Origin: a virus
Lineage: Duplodnaviria; Caudoviricetes
Length of the DNA: 27,348 nucleotides
Strand: one strand, 5' to 3'
IMG/VR virus record: IMGVR_UViG_3300043610_000036
Location: 1-27,348 of that record
Both the position numbers and the translations under genes were made by a program. Shown here in pieces: positions 1-7,996 of this stretch. Below the pieces are notes generated by a model. That model did not search any database. It saw nothing but the letters and a program-made list of their open reading frames with translations, and was not told the DNA's origin. The first letter of the stretch is position 1. Each line of letters starts with the position of its first letter.

Positions 1-442
1 CGATCACGTAGCCGAGGGTATGCGAGGGCTTGATCTTGTCGACCAGTGCTTGCGCGCTCGCGAGGTAGTACAAGCCCGGCAGCGTCGGGTCACGGTAGAT
101 GAAGAACCGGAAGATCTCGCGGTCGTCGCCCATGGCAACGGCTTGCGCGTGCGTGCGCTCGATGACGACGACGTCCACGGCGAGCTGGCCCAGCAGCGGC
201 GCGAGAGCCACCTGGAAATCGACCGGCCGGTATCGCTGGCGCGCGATGGTGCGGGCGACCACTCGCGCCTGCCGCTCGCCGGCTGTGCCCGTCGACTCGA
301 GGTCGAGCTCGCTCTCGTACTCGGGCAGTAGCTCGATGGCCACGGTCGTCTCCGCCTCGGCGAGCAGGTCAGACGCGCGCGCGTCGATACGCGCGAGCTC
401 GTCGGCACACGCCGCAAAGAGCGCGGACAGGATACTAGACAC
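1..442 (-). pseudogene. Baseplate wedge protein Mu gp48/YmfQ (DUF2313)-like, C-terminal part; out of frame with its N-terminus and running off the window edge
   Basis: Manual translation (not in ORF track): SILSALFAACADELARIDARASDLLAEAETTVAIELLPEYESELDL...ERQARVVAR...LVDKIKPSHTLGYVI, with LLPEYE and KPxHT motifs typical of YmfQ/gp48. The YARMMTSLLPPGEVW start of the domain is in the upstream ORF in another frame. Confidence 0.8.
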
Positions 443-1181
443 GCCACACCTCCCCGGGCGGTAGCAGCGACGTCATCATCCTGGCATAGGCACCCGCGTC
501 GGCGCGGTACGTGTGCAGCACGAGCGAGAACGCACGACCGGTTGCCGCCGGCGATGCGGTGGCCGCGCCCGGATCGACGTCACCGATCACGCCCGGAACC
601 ATCGCCCCGAACAGGATCGAACGCGATGTGAAATCAGAGCTGCTGTACGCGTCGAGCGTCGTCAGCCCGGGCGGTGGCGTGAACGTGATCGCGCCCGTTG
701 CCGACCACACCACGAGCAACGTGTTGTCAACCTGGGCCGAGCTCACGATCGGCCCAGCGGGGCTGGTGTGGGCGATGAAGGCACCGCTCGCAATGCGCTC
801 GATGGCTGCGCCGGCGCGCAGTGAGCTGCCGACGAAGAGACAGCCCTGTAGCTCTTGGGTGAAGACCGACAGGAACGAGACGACGTCGCCAGGTCGCGAG
901 CCCGGCGTCCCATCGAACGTGCGCTCGTAGGCGTCGAGGAACACGCCCGAGCCGCCGACCCACGCGGCTGTCTGCGTCCACGTTGCGTCCGAGCAGATGA
1001 TCGACGAGCCGCGCACGACCACGATCAGGAGCGTCATGCCCCGCGTCAGCAGCGCGCCGTCCACGCTCGCCGGGATCGTGATGTCTAGCTGCGCGGATTC
1101 CGGCGTGCTATCGCCGATGATGATCCCGTGCTGTGTCGCGCCGCTCTGATTGGCGGCGCCTATGACAATGTCGTGGGACAC
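435..1181 (-). CDS. Putative virion beta-sandwich domain fused to the first ~20 aa of gp48/YmfQ (N-terminal part of the frameshifted gene)
   Basis: GTG start abuts the upstream stop; beta-rich Ala/Thr/Gly sequence; ends in AYARMMTSLLPPGEVWRV*. Confidence 0.7.
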   Translation of the reverse strand: MSHDIVIGAANQSGATQHGIIIGDSTPESAQLDITIPASVDGALLTRGMTLLIVVVRGSSIICSDATWTQTAAWVGGSGVFLDAYERTFDGTPGSRPGDVVSFLSVFTQELQGCLFVGSSLRAGAAIERIASGAFIAHTSPAGPIVSSAQVDNTLLVVWSATGAITFTPPPGLTTLDAYSSSDFTSRSILFGAMVPGVIGDVDPGAATASPAATGRAFSLVLHTYRADAGAYARMMTSLLPPGEVWRV

Positions 1182-2030
1182 CTACGGCGCCACCGCCGCG
1201 ACGCTCACCCCGCGTTTCGTGCCGTCGTCGTAGACGGCGACATAGTTGTGTGTGCTGTAACGCGCGAGCGCCGTGAAGCCGCCAGCGCCCCCCGCGATGG
1301 ACGCCACGACAGCGGTGTCCGGCTGCGTCGTGTCAACAATCTTGACCACGCTCGCTGCGTCGGCGGCCGGGGCGCCGTCGATCGTCACGGTGCCGGAGAC
1401 CGTGACCGCGAGCTTGGGCGCAAGCGCAATCGCGGTGTAGACGATCGAGCCCGCGCTCGTGTTCGTGAACAGGAGTTGCCCGCCTGGTCCAGCGGTTGTC
1501 TTGACGCACGAGATAATGCAGATGCCGCCACCGCCGCTCGTGATCGTGCCGGCGTCGTACTGCTCCGTGATCGACGTGACCTCCGACCCTGAGATCGCAC
1601 TCATTACCGGGCCGGCCGTGTCACCTGAGTACGCGAGGAACACCAGGATCAGACACCCGTCGATCTTGGTCTCGGGGAGCGTGATCGGGTTCGTGACATT
1701 CTGCGTGGCGTAGGCGCCCTCGACGAGCGCGTGGAATGTCGGATCGGCATCACGTATGACGATCGTGGTGCCCCAGGTGTGATCATCCGTGTTGGTGATC
1801 GTCGGCGCCGCTTCAGCTCCGCTCGCCGCGACCTTGCGGAAGTGGTTTAGCTGCACCGTTGCTGCGGCGGTGTGGTTCAGGAGTCGCCCTGCCGTGTACC
1901 CGGCAGGTGTGCCCGGTGCGGAGTCCGTGGACTCGCACGGCATGAAGATGATGTCACCGGCTGCGTGCGCGCCGAGCGTGGGCGCGGTCTCGCTGCCGAC
2001 GCCAACAGAGATAACGCTTGGCGTGGTCAT
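1182..2030 (-). CDS. Hypothetical virion/receptor-binding-like protein: beta-sandwich N-terminal domain plus C-terminal Ig/transthyretin-like domain
   Basis: ATG at 2030 overlaps the upstream TGA (ATGA); Thr/Ala/Gly-rich; C-terminal VTVSGTVTIDGAPA...KIVDTT segment. Confidence 0.6.
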   Translation of the reverse strand: MTTPSVISVGVGSETAPTLGAHAAGDIIFMPCESTDSAPGTPAGYTAGRLLNHTAAATVQLNHFRKVAASGAEAAPTITNTDDHTWGTTIVIRDADPTFHALVEGAYATQNVTNPITLPETKIDGCLILVFLAYSGDTAGPVMSAISGSEVTSITEQYDAGTITSGGGGICIISCVKTTAGPGGQLLFTNTSAGSIVYTAIALAPKLAVTVSGTVTIDGAPAADAASVVKIVDTTQPDTAVVASIAGGAGGFTALARYSTHNYVAVYDDGTKRGVSVAAVAP

Positions 2031-3859
2031 GGGATCCTCGGGTTCCGGAACCACGTCACGCCATATCCGGTGATCTGTTCAGACGTCAGAATGTCGAGGT
2101 CACCATCGGCGTCCATGTCCATGCAGATGACGTTGTCGTACTTATCGCCGCGCCCGCCGGCTTCGACGTCGACATAGGTCTTGAGCGCCGGGTTCGCGCC
2201 GTTCCAGACGATGATCCCGGCGCACGGTGCGGTGGTGCACGTGGTCGCGCTCGATTGCGAGTGCGAAAGCACGTAATCCGGCGTGCCATCGCCGGTGATG
2301 TCGCATGTGGCTACGCCCTGATATTGGCCCGCGTTGTCCGGGTAGGTCGCGATCTCCGTCGTCGTAAACGACGCCCAACCATTGGCCGTGGTCGACTTCC
2401 AGAGGCGGTTTTCTGTCGTTGAGCTCGAGCCGCCGACCATCACGGTGTCGCTGCCGACGAGCTCGCCGAACTTGACCTCGCCTGCGGGGTTACCGTAAAT
2501 CGTTGCCACGTCGAGAATCGTGTGCTGCGTCCAGTTCGGCGCTTCCCACCACCGCGTCCCCTTTAGCAACTGAGTGTTGAGGCGATCGCTCTGGACAACA
2601 TCCAGATCTCCATCGGCGTCGACGTCCTTGACGAACAGCGACATGCACCAAGCGCTTGAGCCGATTGACATGAACGTCCACGAGTTAGCGGTGCGCGGTG
2701 TCGGGCTCGTGAAGTAGCCCATGCGTGCCGGTGGCGTGAACGTCTGTGTACCCGTGCCGTTGGTCGTGAAGTTCACGGGCGTCCCGGCGATCGCGTTCGC
2801 CTTCGTCGACGCCAGCTTGATCGTGTTCGCGTCGACGACGATCACCCAGTAGTTGGTGGTCGAGAGCAGCCCAGAGGGCAGCGCGCCGCCGCTGTTGGAG
2901 ACCTTCGCGATCCCGTCGCCGGTGAACATCCCGTGTGCGGTGATCGCAAGCTGTTCGTTCGTGTTGTCGGCGGTGAATGTCTTCGGGGTCGCGGAGCGCC
3001 CGCACCCCCAGACCCGCTCACCGCCGACCGCAGTCTGCGTGCCGGTGCCGTCCGTCGTGAGATCGATCGGCGTGCCCGCGACGGCGAGTGCCTGCGTCGT
3101 CGCGAGCTTGAACGTGTTCGCGCCGGTGCGGATCGTGTAGTAGTTCGTCGCCGCCACAAGCGGAGCCGGCAGCCCGCCGCCCGAGTTGCTCACGCGCACG
3201 AGGTCGCCCGTCGACCAGCCGTGCGCTGTGGCGGTGAGCGTGTCTGTGCCGTTGGCGGCCGTGAAGACGTTCGACGCCCACGGGGTAATCGCGATCTGCA
3301 TCCAGTACTGCATATTGGTAGCGGCGCCGATGTCGATCGCAGTCCCGAACGGATCGGGACCGAACCACACACGGATGTGAGCGCCCTGGCCGCCGGCCAC
3401 GACGTCAAGCGCGCCGTCCCCGTCGATGTCTCCAAACTTGGCATCCTCCACAGAAGAGACAGTCGCGATCGTCCGCGAGCTCCACGTCGCTGCGGCATCG
3501 GTGCCGGTGCGCGTCGAGACGGTGACCTTGCTCGACTCTTCCCAGGGCGAGACGATGGTGAGCTTGCCGCCGATCGTCGCGACGTCGACGCCGTCCGCGC
3601 CGTCGAGTCCGACCGCCCCCTCGGGGCCGTAGACAGTAACCATCGTCCAGGTGCTGGGCGCAGGTGGCGCGTCGACCACCGGGGCGTCGATCGAGCTGTC
3701 GGGCGGTGCATCGATTGCGATCGCGGCATCGACCGGGATCGGGAAGAACACGGTTGTCCCATCGCCGCGAGTCGCGAGGTAGCCGAGACCGAGGATCGCG
3801 ATGCTGACCGCGATCAGCACGGGCCGCGCGGCCTTCTTCAGATTGATCGGATCGGTCAT
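2027..3859 (-). CDS. Membrane-anchored or secreted FG-GAP/VCBS repeat protein with two inserted ~78-aa phage-type beta domains
   Basis: N-terminal KKAAR + hydrophobic helix, DAAIAIDAPPDSSIDAP linker, and DxDxDG Ca-binding loops (DIDGDGALDVV, DVDADGDLDVV, DITGDGTPDYV, DMDADGDLDIL). Confidence 0.8.
   Translation of the reverse strand: MTDPINLKKAARPVLIAVSIAILGLGYLATRGDGTTVFFPIPVDAAIAIDAPPDSSIDAPVVDAPPAPSTWTMVTVYGPEGAVGLDGADGVDVATIGGKLTIVSPWEESSKVTVSTRTGTDAAATWSSRTIATVSSVEDAKFGDIDGDGALDVVAGGQGAHIRVWFGPDPFGTAIDIGAATNMQYWMQIAITPWASNVFTAANGTDTLTATAHGWSTGDLVRVSNSGGGLPAPLVAATNYYTIRTGANTFKLATTQALAVAGTPIDLTTDGTGTQTAVGGERVWGCGRSATPKTFTADNTNEQLAITAHGMFTGDGIAKVSNSGGALPSGLLSTTNYWVIVVDANTIKLASTKANAIAGTPVNFTTNGTGTQTFTPPARMGYFTSPTPRTANSWTFMSIGSSAWCMSLFVKDVDADGDLDVVQSDRLNTQLLKGTRWWEAPNWTQHTILDVATIYGNPAGEVKFGELVGSDTVMVGGSSSTTENRLWKSTTANGWASFTTTEIATYPDNAGQYQGVATCDITGDGTPDYVLSHSQSSATTCTTAPCAGIIVWNGANPALKTYVDVEAGGRGDKYDNVICMDMDADGDLDILTSEQITGYGVTWFRNPRIP
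2741..3265 (-). repeat. Two diverged tandem ~78-aa domain repeats (about 3032-3265 and 2741-2977)
   Basis: FTAANGTDTLTATAHGWSTGD..VSNSGGGLP..TNYY..ANTFKLA..AGTPIDLTTDGTGTQT versus FTADNTNEQLAITAHGMFTGD..VSNSGGALP..TNYW..ANTIKLA..AGTPVNFTTNGTGTQT. Confidence 0.9.
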
Positions 3860-3872
3860 GTCAGACGCTCGG

Positions 3873-4979
3873 TTACAGCCATGTGATCACCCCAAGGGTT
3901 GCCAACTGACCGGCTGTCGGAACCACGTTGGCGGCCGGGACGGTGACCGAGTAGTCAGTGACGCCCTCGGCGATGCCGACCGCCGTGCGGATCTGGGAGA
4001 GCAGCACCGTGCCGCGCCCGGCTCCATCGCCTGGCTCGGCCACGCGCGTCAGCAGGTCGGCGAGCTCGGCAGCGACTGCGATACGGGTGTCGGCGTTGTC
4101 GGGCGTCAGGTCGATCGTGAACGCCACCGCGAGATCGGTGGGAGCCGCGGCGGTCACCTCAGCGGTGATCGGGCGCTCGGCATCGAGCGCGGTCTGCATC
4201 GCGGTGACCTCGCCCGCGTCGGGGAAGATGCTCACGTCGCCGTCGCGGACAAAGCGCACTACGACGGTGCCCAGCCCGAGCTCGACGGGGTAGACCCACG
4301 CGCGCGTGACGCCAGCCACCGCCAGCGCCCACGCCTCGTAGTCCTGATCTGCGCCACCTTCGGGCGGCTCGCGCAGGCGCAGCAGGAACCGGTCGCGGAG
4401 CTCCTCAGTGCCTTCCTCGTCGTTGCCGCCAGCGATGTCGCCGGTCGCCACCGTGGCGGTACTGTTGACGCCACCGATCGGGCTCTCGAACGTGAGCGTG
4501 GTGGTCGCTGGGACGTTCGCGTCGTCGCCTGCGAGCACGGCCACAACCGGCAGCGTCGCGATGCCCGATGTGTCTGGCGCGTTCCCGATCACCTTGCCGG
4601 TCGTCACCCGGTACGAGGTCACGGCATCGAGCCGGAGGATTGTATCGGCAGGGATCGAGACGCCGTCCGTGCCGGTCGCGGTGACGTTGCCGGTCGCGAA
4701 CGTCGCCGGCACCGGGGTGATCCCGTAGAGCGCGGCCTTCTGGAGCAACGCCTCGCGCTCAGCGGTGTCACCGAACAGCTGCTTGGAGAGCCATTCGAGA
4801 TAACCGTGCAGCGTGTGGACAGCGCCGCCCCAGACCGCTCCGAGCACGTCGACCATGGCACGGCGCAGCAGCGGGCCCATGGCACGGCGCAGCAGCGGGC
4901 CCGCGATCTCGAGCCGCCCGCGCAGGTCGCCCCGGACGCGGTCGATCAGCTCGGCGAGCGTGGGGCGCGCGAACGGCAC
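3873..4979 (-). CDS. Baseplate J-like wedge protein (Mu gp47 family)
   Basis: MPFARPTLAEL start, YLEWLSKQLFGDTAE, GGNDEE..LRDR, PPEGGADQDYEAWA, GLGTVVV motifs; tail synteny. Confidence 0.93.
   Translation of the reverse strand: MPFARPTLAELIDRVRGDLRGRLEIAGPLLRRAMGPLLRRAMVDVLGAVWGGAVHTLHGYLEWLSKQLFGDTAEREALLQKAALYGITPVPATFATGNVTATGTDGVSIPADTILRLDAVTSYRVTTGKVIGNAPDTSGIATLPVVAVLAGDDANVPATTTLTFESPIGGVNSTATVATGDIAGGNDEEGTEELRDRFLLRLREPPEGGADQDYEAWALAVAGVTRAWVYPVELGLGTVVVRFVRDGDVSIFPDAGEVTAMQTALDAERPITAEVTAAAPTDLAVAFTIDLTPDNADTRIAVAAELADLLTRVAEPGDGAGRGTVLLSQIRTAVGIAEGVTDYSVTVPAANVVPTAGQLATLGVITWL
4853..4900. repeat. Perfect 24-bp tandem duplication inside gp47
   Basis: CCATGGCACGGCGCAGCAGCGGGC x2, giving GPLLRRAM-GPLLRRAM. 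Confidence 0.97.
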
Positions 4980-4989
4980 CCACCCTCAG

Positions 4990-5015
4990 GGATCATGCGC
5001 TGAGCGGGGTGTCAA
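4990..5015 (-). promoter_or_regulatory. Putative late promoter motif, copy 1 (upstream of gp47)
   Basis: TTGACA-N14-TGATCC-N10-GTG(4979). Confidence 0.75.
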
Positions 5016-5033
5016 GCGCGGGCGCTGGGCGGG

Positions 5034-5588
5034 CTACTCCCCCTTGAGCACCGATGTCCCGACGGGCCAGGCCTCGAGCGCCGCCAGGATTGTCGACTGG
5101 AGCGATGCGCCGCCATCGTTGGCGACGATGACCGCGCCACTGATCGCAGCCTTGAGGTTGTCGAGGTCCGCCTTGGTGGCGAGTGGGACCGCGACGCCGG
5201 CATCACTGCGGGCCTCGACGGTCCCGTCATCGAGCAACGCCACCCGCGCGCCAGCATCGTTGTAGACCGTGACCTCACCGGGCGCACCGCCGGTCGGACG
5301 GTACCGACGATCCGACACCGTGACCACCAGCGGGTGTGAGCGGTCGCCGTTGGGAAACACCACGACTGCCTCAGCGCCTGTCAGCGGCACGCTGGAGAAG
5401 CCGTACGGCTGGTGATGCTCGGCGTTGTCGAGGGTCTCACCGGCCAGCACGCCGACCTGGAGGAGCTGGAGCTTCGTATCGTCGACGACGAGCTGCACCA
5501 CGGCGCGGGCGACGGTGTTGGCCACGCGCGTGGCAAGCGGTCGCAGGAGCTTCTGCAACTGGGCCAGCATGTCGCGGTCGAGTGCCAT
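5034..5588 (-). CDS. Baseplate assembly/spike protein V (Mu gp45 family)
   Basis: EHHQPYGFSSVP..GAEAVVVF.NGDRSH....SDRRYRP...GEVTVY, typical of the gp45 OB-fold; GGAGG RBS upstream. Confidence 0.92.
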   Translation of the reverse strand: MALDRDMLAQLQKLLRPLATRVANTVARAVVQLVVDDTKLQLLQVGVLAGETLDNAEHHQPYGFSSVPLTGAEAVVVFPNGDRSHPLVVTVSDRRYRPTGGAPGEVTVYNDAGARVALLDDGTVEARSDAGVAVPLATKADLDNLKAAISGAVIVANDGGASLQSTILAALEAWPVGTSVLKGE

Positions 5589-5595
5589 CGGAGCG

Positions 5596-6756
5596 TCAGC
5601 CTCCCTTCAGCTTTTGAATGCTCGCGTTGAGGGAGGCCGTCGCGGCTATGGCGCCTGCGGTCGCCAGCGCTGGATCGGAGCTGGCGCCCTTTCGGAGTTC
5701 TTTCCATGCGCCGCCACCGCTGGACGTGGACTTCACTGCCGCCTTGGGCTCGGGCGTGAACGCGTCGGGGCGCACGAGGCTGAGCTGCGTGACCTGGCCG
5801 GACTCCGAGATCGAGTGCTCGATCTGCGAGATCCGCATGTCGCCGTCGACGCCGATCAGCTGCGGAGCCTTTACTCTCGTGAGAGTGTTCAGCGGCCAGA
5901 GCGGCCCGCCGGATTGCTTCCACCCGAGCACCGTGACGCTCACCTTTTCCGCGCGTGCTGCGCGGATCCTTGCCTCCCAGTCCGCTCGCTTGCGCGCGTC
6001 GGCGACGCTGCATCCCTTGTCCGGCCGGATCACCAGAGCCCGATTGGTGCGGCGCACGCCCTCGTCGATCCCGCCGTCGCCGACCCTTGTCGCATCGCCG
6101 GATGCCTCGTCGGTGCCAGGCGCCTGCGTCGAGACTATGTAGTGATGGAATCGGTCGGCGCCATCGTACTCCACCGACGCGGATAGGATGTTCACACCCT
6201 CGACCAGGGACTGCGCGCGATCTGTGCCCGCGCGCGTGATCAGGATGCCGCCTGCGCCATCGCTGACGAACAGCACGCCCTGTTCGCCGACTGCGCGCTT
6301 GATCGCCTCGAACGCGCTGTCACCCGGGGTCAGGACAATCTTCGACACCTTCGGGAGCACGAGCCCGGGTTGCACGGAGACTCGCACTCCGAATGGCGCA
6401 GCGACCTTCGCCACGAACTCGGAGACGACGACATCACGGAACGTCCACTGATCGAGGATCGCAGAGCAGTCGACGAGCGCGGCAGCACGGTCACGCCCTG
6501 AATACGACAGCGTACGGGACGCTGCCGACGCCGATATGCTGCGCTTGTCGATGTAGCCATCGATCACCACCTGGCCGTCGATCTCTACGCGGCACGGATC
6601 CTCCTCGATGATCGCCCACGGCTCGTCCATCTCGGCCCATCGATCGCTCACGTCGAGCGCGAACGAGCCAGCCAGGCTCTCGATCGACCGGGTGACGCGG
6701 ACCGACTTCCATCCGCCGTAGCGCCGGCCGTTGACGACGAGCGCGAGGTCAGTCAT
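5596..6756 (-). CDS. Baseplate hub protein (Mu gp44/gpP family)
   Basis: VNGRRYGGWKSVRVTRSIESLAGSF, DGYID, GRDRAAALVDCS, RADWEARIRAAR motifs. Confidence 0.93.
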   Translation of the reverse strand: MTDLALVVNGRRYGGWKSVRVTRSIESLAGSFALDVSDRWAEMDEPWAIIEEDPCRVEIDGQVVIDGYIDKRSISASAASRTLSYSGRDRAAALVDCSAILDQWTFRDVVVSEFVAKVAAPFGVRVSVQPGLVLPKVSKIVLTPGDSAFEAIKRAVGEQGVLFVSDGAGGILITRAGTDRAQSLVEGVNILSASVEYDGADRFHHYIVSTQAPGTDEASGDATRVGDGGIDEGVRRTNRALVIRPDKGCSVADARKRADWEARIRAARAEKVSVTVLGWKQSGGPLWPLNTLTRVKAPQLIGVDGDMRISQIEHSISESGQVTQLSLVRPDAFTPEPKAAVKSTSSGGGAWKELRKGASSDPALATAGAIAATASLNASIQKLKGG

Positions 6757-7996
6757 CGGAGCTGAGCACCTTCACGTCACCCGAGACGAACCCAGGATGG
6801 CGGATGCCGTTGCGCGCGACGATGTCGAGCTCGTTGTCGGTCGATCCATAGAGCTGGTACGAGAGCAGGATCGACGGCGTGGCGACGTTGCGGGTCACGG
6901 TCACGATGCGCGCGAACGCGGCACCGCCCGGCACGGCGCGCAGTAGGTCCGATCGCAGGGTCACCAGCGCCGGGTACGCAGTGTCCCCCGCCGTGGCCGC
7001 CTGCTCCTCGAGCATCGCGGCGATCTGGTCACGAGCGAGCGAGGCTTCCTCGATCGAAACGTACGGCACGAGCGGGGCGAGCCGTGCAGCCTCGATCGCG
7101 ATGACCCGTCGGAGCGCTCCGGTCATCGCGGACTGGTTCGCGAGCTCGCGTTCGCGGGTCGCCGTGAGCGCCACGACCACCGGCCCGAGGTCGGCAGTGT
7201 ACGCATCGATCAGCGCATCCATCACGGCGCCCGGTGACGACGCCACGGCATTGACGAGCGAGGTGATAGCGAGCCGGAATGCGTCGAGGACGTCCGTCGG
7301 CTGGCGAACGAGTGACGATGCGGTCGCGGTTAGGAGGGCCACGCGTCCACTCAGCTCGGCGAGCTCCTGTGTCGTGCTGACGGCAGGGGCGAGCGCGGCT
7401 CCGAGCGCATCGCTGGCACTGGTGAGCGCGGTCTCTGCGGAGCCGAGCGCGAACGATGGCAGGCTCAGGATGTCGTACTGCTCCACGAATTCGGCCTCGG
7501 TCGCGACGATGGCCGCGTCAGCGCTGGCCGCTACCTGTTCGGTCGAGTCGACGGCATCGATCGGCACTGGGACTTGCGCCGGTGCCTCCGCGAGCTCGAG
7601 CGCGAACATCGCGATCCCGCCCTCCGCGCGCGTCTCTCGCACCGCCACGCTGATACAGATCGCGGTGCGCACGCCGTGGTACGGGTGCACGAGCTCGCCG
7701 GGACCCTCCTCGTCCTCGAGTGCGGCCAGGAGCGCATCGCGCTGGAACAGGTAGTCATCGCCCAGCACGTAGCCATCCACGCGGAACGTGCGTGCCTTGC
7801 GCCCGAGGTCCTCGACGAACGGATCATCGCGGAGCGGGAACTCGTGCACGACCGCGCGACGTCCTCCGCCACGGTCCGAGCCCTCGACGAGGAACGACAC
7901 GCCGCGGAACGAGGCGCCGATCATCTGTCGCGGCTTCCCGTTGGGCCCAATCCCGGCGACGGTGACCCGACGGAGATCCTCGAGCCACTTCACCAT
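6749..7996 (-). CDS. Mu gpN-like DNA circularisation protein
   Basis: ASFRGVSFLV..GGRRAVVHEFPLRDDPFVEDLGR N-terminal domain; C-terminal LSYQLYG....DIVARNGIRHPGFV. Confidence 0.93.
   Translation of the reverse strand: MVKWLEDLRRVTVAGIGPNGKPRQMIGASFRGVSFLVEGSDRGGGRRAVVHEFPLRDDPFVEDLGRKARTFRVDGYVLGDDYLFQRDALLAALEDEEGPGELVHPYHGVRTAICISVAVRETRAEGGIAMFALELAEAPAQVPVPIDAVDSTEQVAASADAAIVATEAEFVEQYDILSLPSFALGSAETALTSASDALGAALAPAVSTTQELAELSGRVALLTATASSLVRQPTDVLDAFRLAITSLVNAVASSPGAVMDALIDAYTADLGPVVVALTATRERELANQSAMTGALRRVIAIEAARLAPLVPYVSIEEASLARDQIAAMLEEQAATAGDTAYPALVTLRSDLLRAVPGGAAFARIVTVTRNVATPSILLSYQLYGSTDNELDIVARNGIRHPGFVSGDVKVLSSDD

Noticed and set aside
4-447. 147-aa minus-strand ORF in the track
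   Set aside because: Wrong frame (Ser/Arg-rich nonsense); the gp48-like sequence is in a different frame running off the window.
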